From: Eledone cirrhosa | Lineage: Eukaryota | Direction: 5' to 3' | Length of the DNA stretch: 64,000 nucleotides | NCBI GenBank assembly: GCA_964016885.1 | Contig: OZ024743.1 | Span: 37,324,001 to 37,388,000 of the forward strand | Shown here: positions 55,069 through 64,000 of the stretch, one piece after another | Position numbering within the stretch: position 1 is the first letter of the stretch | Layout of the letters: the number at the start of each line of letters is the position of its first letter | Position numbers and translations under genes: made by a program | Notes under the pieces: model-generated | The model's input: the letters and a program-made list of their open reading frames with translations, nothing else | What the model was told of the DNA's origin: nothing | Databases searched by the model: none

Positions 55069-57140
55069 ATGTGAATATGTGAATAAAGCCCTTATTGTAT
55101 AGCAAACCATGTCACTCTTCTTTCTTAATTTATTATTACTCCAAGTGTAAACTACATAGAAATCACCGCGTACTCGCAGCATCACTATGGAAACGTCTTG
55201 TTGAGTCAAACTTAGCCAAGCGTTAATACTATCCACTACTCGGAGTACCCTAACTGGACTACATCTAAGTGGACTACCTATAACAATAATTTGTTATCCC
55301 GTATATATATATATATATATATATATAAGGACGGTGCCCCAGCATGGCCTCAGCTGGATGGCTGGAACAGATAAAAGGGTAAAAGAGTATATATATATAT
55401 ATATATATATAAATATATACATACATATGTGTGTGTGTGCGCGTAAGTGTGCTTGCATTACTGGATTCTATTCTGACTTCCAACTTTTTATATCTTATCT
55501 AAGTTGGACAACGCTGTTATCTACTAAAACACTGATACATGTAAATGCGTTATATTGATGTGACTAGTAAAAGAAAAATGTTTAATCTCTAAAGCTCAGG
55601 TTAATATTTAAAAAAAATTTCTAATCCTATTACCAATAACTCATCGCAGACATTTTAAATTACTGAAAAATTTCCTTAATAAATACAATAGTATTTACAT
55701 GTAAAATGCTTGTTTCAAGAACTAAATTTCCCAAGTGAAAATCACCTGAATGATAAACTTAAGTTATTTATTTTACTAAATTTACATTTTCGTTGTATGC
55801 AAATTTAATTAAACAGAATTCGAGTAAAGTGAAAAATAAGCAAAAACATTTTAGTTTGTTCGAATTTCTGAAACGAGGACCTATGATTGTTATAAACTAA
55901 TCTATTTAAAGTACTGTCTACACTCTGTTGTAATATTTACAACGTTTCCTCCGTGGTAGGTACCTATCGTTTTCGCTAAAAAGTTTAGCTTTAAAGCCTT
56001 TAATCTTTCTCACATAGTTGTCTCCCGGCAAAAGAGCATAACCACTACAGTCATTGTTCAAATGCTATGTACACAGGTCTACCGGCTTGTGCGATCTGTC
56101 CATGTATCTATATATCTTCTAGTTGAGGTGGAAGAAGAGTCATAGTACATAACAAATTAATTAATTGACCAAGTCGTCCGAAGACCGGTTATAATCATTT
56201 TCTATATTAGTTCTGGCTCTCTGCGATCTGAGCTTAAATATGTTCGAATTCAACCTTGCCTTTCATCCTTTCGGGGTTGATAAATAAAGTCCTAATCCAA
56301 TAGCGGGGTCGATTCCTTCTCTAATTTATCTTTCTCACTTACTCTCTAGTCTTTTCTCTTTCTCTGGAAAAAAATCAAAGCCCCAACTATGTAACTATCA
56401 AATATGCTAATAGTCTATTTTTTTTCATTTAACATTAACTATTTAACTATTATAACAAAAATAAATGATAATATGATTTTACAGAGAAAAACAAAAATAA
56501 ATATTTTATATTGCTTGTTATCTCTAATTTATGGTAGTTCATTTTAAGTAAGTCACATAGTTTGTGTATTTTAATGCAATATATTGCATTCAACAATCTT
56601 CTAAAGATATTAACTGAGTAAATAAAGCGATGCATGGGACGTAATACATTGTTTGATGTGTAGTGTGTATACACGTATGTAGTGTGTATACACGTGTATG
56701 ATGATCATGTGTATTTTGTGTGGTTGTATGTGTAAATAATCGGTTATATGGATCGTAATACATTGTTTGATATATGTGAGTATATGAAACGCAGTGTAAA
56801 AATGTGTGTATATAGTATAGTGATGTGTATAGGTTTTTGTATGATTGTATATATATGTTTTATAAATGTATATATTGATTTGTGTGTGCGTGTTGGTTGT
56901 GTTTGTATTTATACTTGATCGTGTAGTGCTTTTGAATTTGCATAACTGTGTAGTGTTTTTGTATGTGTGTATACTCTTTGTATCTATGTGTGTATTTGTA
57001 TATGTGTGTGTCCGTGTATATATTTTTTTGTAAATGTGTATGCAATTATTACCTACGAATGTGTATTCTTTGTATGCATTTGTGTGTGTAGATATGTATA
57101 TGTGTGTTTGTGTATTTGTATGTTCTGTGTGTGAGAACGT

Positions 57141-57184
<44 letters not shown>

Positions 57185-57270
57185 TTGTATAATTGTTAGT
57201 TGCACTGTTGTTTCAGTGACTTAAAAATTGACATTATTGAACGATTAATGAAAAGGAAACTCAAAATAAT

Positions 57271-57317
<47 letters not shown>

Positions 57318-57599
57318 TGATATAATTTTATTAATAATAATAAAAACAAAACAAAAATAAAAGCAAATACAAAAAATGATAATAAAGAACCCCTTTTAAA
57401 AGAAACAAATCTTCTAATTCCCAAAATGTTCAGTTATTTTTCGATCAAAGAATTGAAAATTTCTTGGAATCAATACCAGCAGATGGCGAGGAATAATTAT
57501 GAAAGATTATGGAAATTAGGCTCATCTTAATGAACACAAAGTAATTATGAAAATAATGAACACACAAAAAATATAGACGATTTTATCAGAATGTTTGCC

Positions 57600-58480
57600 A
57601 AACAAGGGTTAACGGATATCTAAGGACTGGCAAAGTTACAAATTGCAATTTATTACCATTTTGATTTAAACTGTTTTAATTTTGTTTTTACAAAATTTAC
57701 TTTTTAATTTAATTTTTTTCTCAAACATCAAACAAGGTTCTGTTGAAACATTGAACTAGAATTCAAGCAGTCTTGTTTTCTTCCTCCTGTCATAAACTCT
57801 ACGTTTGGCAATATTGTATAGCTAAAACGTTCGCTTAGAGTCGACGAGATTTCGTGTTTGATTCCTCAGTGTGGTAGCTTGGGTATTAGCGTCTACCATA
57901 GCTTCAAACTCGTTTAAAACCTTGCAAGTTGAATTTGGTTGACAGAGACAACATGGAAGACTAATAGTGGGAATGTACTTAAGTAATATCTAAGGATTGA
58001 TAGACGTACACATTTTAATTGTTACATAAAAATAATATTAATTTGCTTTTACAACTTTTTTAAATATCAGACAAGTCTAATACTTGGAGATATAATTTAG
58101 GCAGTTTTATTTTTTCCCCTCCGGTAATAATCTTTACATTTCGTATGCCTGTGGGGTTAAGACATTTGTTAGCAACTATGTGGTTTTTAGTTTGATTCCA
58201 CAGTGCCACAACTTACACTATAGACAAGAGACCACCAAAGTCTTGCGAGTGGAACTTGGTAGACAGAAACAGCATGGGTTAAACTTAAGGAATATCTAGT
58301 GGTGTCGATTTTATAAATTGTAATATTTTGAGCTAGAATTTGGGAAGTTATTTTTTTCCAGCCATATACTTTACGTTTGACATGGTTGCGGGGAAAGACG
58401 TTCGCTTATTAACTAAGAAGATTCGGAATCGATTCAAACAGGCGGTAGCTTGCGTAAAATCTTTTACACTAACCCCAGGT
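57600..58480 (+). repeat. Old ~310-370 bp tandem triplication, each unit containing a SINE remnant
   Basis: atatcta anchors at ~57617, ~57986 and ~58293, with repeated acgttcgctta...gattc...ggtagcttg. Confidence 0.5.
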
Positions 58481-59277
58481 TGGATGACATAATATAACAG
58501 TCAAGTACTAAGGACCATGTAATTGACTAACCAGTGCCACCAAATCTCTGGCCTTGCTTTTAGTTAAGACACATTTATTACAACGTAAACTTTCATAAAG
58601 TTAAATATCTTTAAAACTATGCACATATTATTTTGTTGTTGTTTAGCCCTTAGTCAGCTGTGATCACGTAGATTCGTGATCAAGAACATTCAAGCCATGA
58701 TCATACCGTCTTTTGTTTTCAGGGAAAGTGTATTGTTGTCTAGATTACCAAATATATAATTTTAAAGATTGTACAATATTATTTGGGGGAGATAGGGTAT
58801 TTAATTCTAGCAGGTGAAGAAACCGTGTCCTGGTTGCTTCGTTATCGCAGAATATATACTATATGGTAATGCTGAATATAAAGAGGATACATTTTTCTCG
58901 CGTGACAAAACCCGTTGTATTATATTTATCATACATTGCAAATATTTGCAATTGGCTTATTTATCTTAAGTACCTGTGTAAATATTTATCACATAGTAAA
59001 ATTGACTTTATTCTGTTTATCACATGATAAACACACCGAGTTAAATTTCATAGCATAGCAATATTTGTTATATCAAGCTGTGTGATATCGCAATATTGCA
59101 CAGCTCGATGAGTCGAGTGACCACCATGTTGTGACCATTATGTCGTGGTTTAAGCAAATATTCAGCATTGGTATTTATATAGCTCATCACAGTTTGCCAA
59201 TCGACCTGCTAGAAATAGGCGCTAACTTTCCATAAAATCTAACACGATTTTAAAAGAAAGATGACAAGATTACATAA

Positions 59278-59465
59278 AGGCCAGCAATTTTGGGGGGAGG
59301 GAACAGTCGATTAAATTGATTGCAGTGCGTTTATTTTTTCGACCCCGTAAGGATGAAATGCAAAGCTAGCCTCGGCGGGATTTGAACTCAGAACGTAAAG
59401 GGACTTAACTATATGCCGCAAAGCATGTTGTCCGACGCTCTACCGATACTGACGATCCACTGCCC
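59278..59465 (-). mobile_element. Family-1 SINE
   Basis: gaccccgtaaggatgaaatgc...cggcgggatttgaactcagaacg...ctctaccgatactg. Confidence 0.85.
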
Positions 59466-60002
59466 CATAGTAATATACAATAGCAACGATGATGATGACA
59501 ACCAACTACAACAACAACACATTTCATGATCTAATCATGAGCTCACTTTGTCTGCTAGAAATAGCAGCAGCATTCACTACAAATATAAATTTACTATCGC
59601 AAAAATCCTAATGTAGCCCTACACACAACAATATCTAGAAACAACAACAACAACAACAACTATCAACAACAACAACTATCAACAAGAAATTGTGAGGTAG
59701 GCTTTCAATACCTTTGATCATAAGACGGACCAATGAAGGTGTCGAATAGTATAAAATACCTTGTGGTATTTGTTCCAGCTCTGCGTTTTATGTTCAAATC
59801 TCATCTACACTGTTGTAAGCATTCAGCCCAGGCCTCCGGTTTGAGTATAGCTTCATCACTCCTTTTCTCCCAGGACTGTTGGAAGTCTCGGACTTCATAT
59901 CATATCTTACTCAATTTTGCAATTCATTCCTTCGCATGTGTCAAAAAAATAACGTATCAGACCAGGGCAGTGGACTGGTGGAATTGTCGGAGTATTCTAT
60001 TA

Positions 60003-60041
<39 letters not shown>

Positions 60042-60189
60042 GGTAAACATTGATGCAATTCAATTCAAGCACTCAACGTACTTTTTCCACATAGGAGTGA
60101 CGGAGGAAATATCGAATAAGGAAAAGCGAAGTAGTTTCAGATGTTCAAGTCGTCATTGAAATATATATCACAGCATTATTATTAAAGGA

Positions 60190-60375
60190 CGGATTGGCAG
60201 TATTAGTAGAGGGTCGGACGCCATGCTTTCCAGCATAGTTACGTCCCTTTACGATCTGAGTTCAAATCCCGCCGAGGTTGACTTTGCCTTTCATCCTTAC
60301 GGGGTCGATAAAATAAAGTACCAGTAATGCACTGGGTAATTGCTGGCCTTGTGCCTAAAGTAGAAACAATTATTG
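60190..60375 (+). mobile_element. Family-1 SINE inside a 38 bp inverted repeat (60114-60151/60382-60419)
   Basis: Full consensus sequence, with a TSD-like attattRttaaagga. Confidence 0.88.
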
Positions 60376-60419
60376 TTAAAGGACTTGAACATCTGAAACT
60401 ACTTCGCTTTTCCTTATTC

Positions 60420-60454
<35 letters not shown>

Positions 60455-60457
60455 ATA

Positions 60458-61135
60458 TAAGTATGTATACGTACATACATATATGTATACAGACGTACAG
60501 TAGTATGTATATATACATACATACACACATATATATATGTACGTATGGAATTACCGAAAATTTATTATAATGCTCGGTTTGTTTGTAAACAAACATCCCG
60601 AATTAAGCCGTACAGTGTTTAGCAACCATAGTTGCTCTTTTGTTCAACACTGACAAAGGAACGATGTACTAGTTTCAAGCTTATTAGCTATCGTCAGCAC
60701 CGTATACCTTCCTGCCAGATGATTCAACGTCCGAAAGTATATACTTTCCTTATGCATATTAACGGCTGAGCAGCCTAATTTGCATTTCGAGTGAGTTAAT
60801 CGGCCGGACGCACCGAAAACGATAAATGGAAAAAATGAAACGAAATTTAATTTCTCACTCTTAGTACGGCTGTTACTTAAATATAAGTATGTATACGTAC
60901 ATACATATATATATATATGTACCTATGGATTTGTAAACAAACATCCCGAATTAATTCGGGATGTTTGTTTACAAACAAACCGAGCATTATAATAAATGTT
61001 TGGTAAATCCATACGTATATATATATATATATGTGCATGTATGTATATATATATACATACTACTGTACGTCTGTATACATATATGTAAGTACGTATACAT
61101 ACTTTTATTTAAGTAACAGCCGTACTAAGAGTGAG
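60458..61135. repeat. Complex inverted/direct repeat (~150 bp arms), possibly a PLE or MITE remnant
   Basis: 60458-60606 is inverted to 60950-61105, and 60855-60885 is inverted to 61105-61135. Confidence 0.6.
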
Positions 61136-61159
61136 AAATGAAATTTCGTTTCATTTCTC

Positions 61160-61205
<46 letters not shown>

Positions 61206-61351
61206 AATATATATATATATACACATATATATATATATATATATATATATGGACCCGTAACTCTTAATGGGGTCATATGTGTGCCGTTTCGACAAACTAT
61301 GTGTTTTGGCGGAGGTCATCATTTCCAAGTCTGAACACAGGTGATTTCGTC

Positions 61352-61457
<106 letters not shown>

Positions 61458-62949
61458 AAGAGGAAAAGAGAGATAGAGAAAAAAATGAAAGCGAAAATGC
61501 GAGAAAGAGATATAGATGAAAAATCGACCTAGTACTGGACTCGTACATTTACCGATCTCAAAAGGACAAAATGCGAAATTGAGCTCGTTAAGATTAAAAC
61601 TCGGAGTGCAGACCGCCGGAAAGAATATTGCAAAGTATCCTATCTGATGTTCTAATGGCTCTGTCAATTTACCGACTTATCAGAGGAGACATCTTGGGAT
61701 ATATGTTCCGATTCTGCGTTCTCAATTCAAATCTGTCGGGTTTAATACTACCACTCTGTCGTTGAGAGTGTTTAGTGGAGCTCACTCTGTTGCATGTGCT
61801 CAAAATTCGTGCTCAAAATCCGGTTTGAAGAGACAGCCCTCTCTCCCGTCTTCACTAGTCTTGGAGACCCTCGAGTACAAATCTCGTTGTGGTGACGTTT
61901 GCATTTCATCCTCTCAGAGGGGTCGGTATAATAAAATATCGTTCCAGGGCAGTAGATTGTTGGAATTTTCAGATCCTATGATAAGATTCATTGGGACATA
62001 GGTTTCGACCCTGCGTTTTGAGTTCATGTTCCGCCGAGTTTAGCTCCACACAAGTTTGTGGTTGACCGTCTTTTGTTGATTCCACTGTTACACGAATTCA
62101 GACTAAATTCTTTAGTTTAAAGATAACATCCTCCCTTCCTCAATCCCGCAGCTCTGTCCTCTCACCCACTTTAATCTAATTGAAATCCCTCACTGTTGTC
62201 AATTTTACATTTCATCTTTTCGCAATGTCGATAAAGTTGTATAATATTCCAGGGAAGTCAATTCGTAGGATTGTAAGAGTATAGAAAGAGAAGGACGGGA
62301 TATCAGTTCTGTTTCAGCGCTTTTAAGGTCTCCAGCATCTAGGCCCTGCAGTTCATTCTGTTGCAACGATTCAGACCAGATCTTTAGGTTGAGGATGATA
62401 CTGTCATATCTCCCACCCTTACAATCTCCAACTATCAGACTCCGAGGTGCTGTAAACTATCAAGGGCACAACACTTGACTCCTTCCCTAAACAGTTAAAA
62501 AAAAACGACTTAGAAAAACTAAAACACTAGGTTACAAAAACAAAATAATTCATCTCCATTAACACAACAAAACAACTTCCCCCAAACACTATGTGAACAA
62601 TAAGTAAAGTCTTTGATTAAGATAAATATAGATCAACCATCAATTGCAGTCACACAGCTCAAAAGAACGTGGCTCTGAAATCTGTTGCACGATAAAAGCA
62701 AATGGTCTTGCCTTTGTTCAATTAAGGAAGAACATTAAGTTATTAATGGTAAGCTAAACGGCTTTCTTTCATTTCCAGCGCTGCTGTTGACGATTTAGAA
62801 CATTATGCTTGATAGTGGGTCCTCCTAATTGAACGATAAACGGAAAACAGAATGTAACGTAAATAGCGTGAGATTAAATAAAAAAAAAGTGTTTTTTTTA
62901 TATACTCGTATATATGAGTGTAGCGTAGTAACGTATCTATCTATGTATG

Positions 62950-63064
<115 letters not shown>

Positions 63065-63081
63065 CTGTGTGTATATATATG

Positions 63082-63169
<88 letters not shown>

Positions 63170-63177
63170 GGTGTGTG

Positions 63178-63222
<45 letters not shown>

Positions 63223-63224
63223 AT

Positions 63225-63270
<46 letters not shown>

Positions 63271-63715
63271 GAATAAACGAGGAAGGTTCGTTCACGTAAA
63301 CGAAAGTTCCTCGTTTTTTCTATTATATATACTCTGCCTGTGTATAGAGTGCTTGATTTGGTACCAACACCAGTATTTCACTGCACTACTTACACTATAC
63401 ACACACATACACATATATATATACACACACATATATATATAAGCATATACATTTCTATGGCGTACCAATATTTATGAAGACTCACACACACATAGATATA
63501 TATGTATAAATGTGTGTGTAGATATGTGCATCCGTGTATGTGTCTGTATGTTTGTGTGTGCATATACATTATTACATACATATGATGATCCTGCGAGTGC
63601 GCATGTGAAAATCCAGAGTAACAAGGCTCATGACTTAGCCATTTAACTCTACTTCTGTATTGCGTACTTCCTCTCACGCCCGTCGATAATAGACGTATAT
63701 ATAGATACACACACA

Positions 63716-63788
<73 letters not shown>

Positions 63789-64000
63789 TAGAGAGAGTCG
63801 GGCTCCGTCGGTTGAACTCTAGTCGTTTCAACAACTAGTTCAAGACTGGAACTAGATGCTGAAACCGCAAGAGGTCAGATGTCGCGGCCCTCCACTTTCT
63901 TATATAATCCCACTCTACTATCCCAAGTTTTGAGTACTTTGTTGAATAATGGTTTAACTAGTTTACTACTACAACAGCGCCATACCCGGTATGACGCCGT

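Larger units (their letters stand above)
51765..55140 (+). mobile_element. Penelope-like family C: inverted pLTR, 5'-truncated RT and GIY-YIG ORF, pLTR
   Basis: RT motifs FDITMGSNDSTQITDVVGLF, GIYRDD, NFLDVTL and SNHP. Endonuclease motifs CNCHLPDRCSLANRC, LVYRCTV...YIGST and FKKRWYVH. 51765-52562 is the reverse complement of ~54523-55130. Confidence 0.9.

Overview
This is AT-rich eukaryotic non-coding DNA (intronic or intergenic). It is very probably from an octopus or other cephalopod, inferred from the dense (TA)n/(CA)n/(ATGT)n microsatellites and the octopus-type tRNA-derived SINEs. I find no intact host gene; almost all listed ORFs are microsatellite artefacts or transposon fragments. The window is largely decayed retroelements. 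(i) A near full-length but frameshifted R4/Dong-clade RLE LINE (2515-6613, minus strand) has a 5'-truncated copy and an internally deleted copy, all bounded by (ATGT)n, and is twice paired head-to-head with a ~600 bp non-coding RTE-like element. (ii) There are several RTE-clade fragments, one with a twin-priming-type 5' inversion. (iii) Three fragments of a CRE-like RLE LINE are present. (iv) At least three Penelope-like (PLE) families with inverted or tandem pLTRs sit in (TA)n. (v) There is a DD37D/maT-like Tc1/mariner relic, many SINEs, minisatellites and a ~4 kb phased A-tract satellite. The most interesting signals are RNA-level. Two PLE families carry minimal hammerhead ribozymes with the compensatory U3-A8 core (TTGAAAA instead of CTGANGA), another carries a hammerhead with a ~80 nt stem II, and a YACTC...GAGTR hairpin recurs at the ends of otherwise unrelated (TA)n-embedded elements. 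All coordinates were read by eye and are approximate; no searches or folding programs were run.
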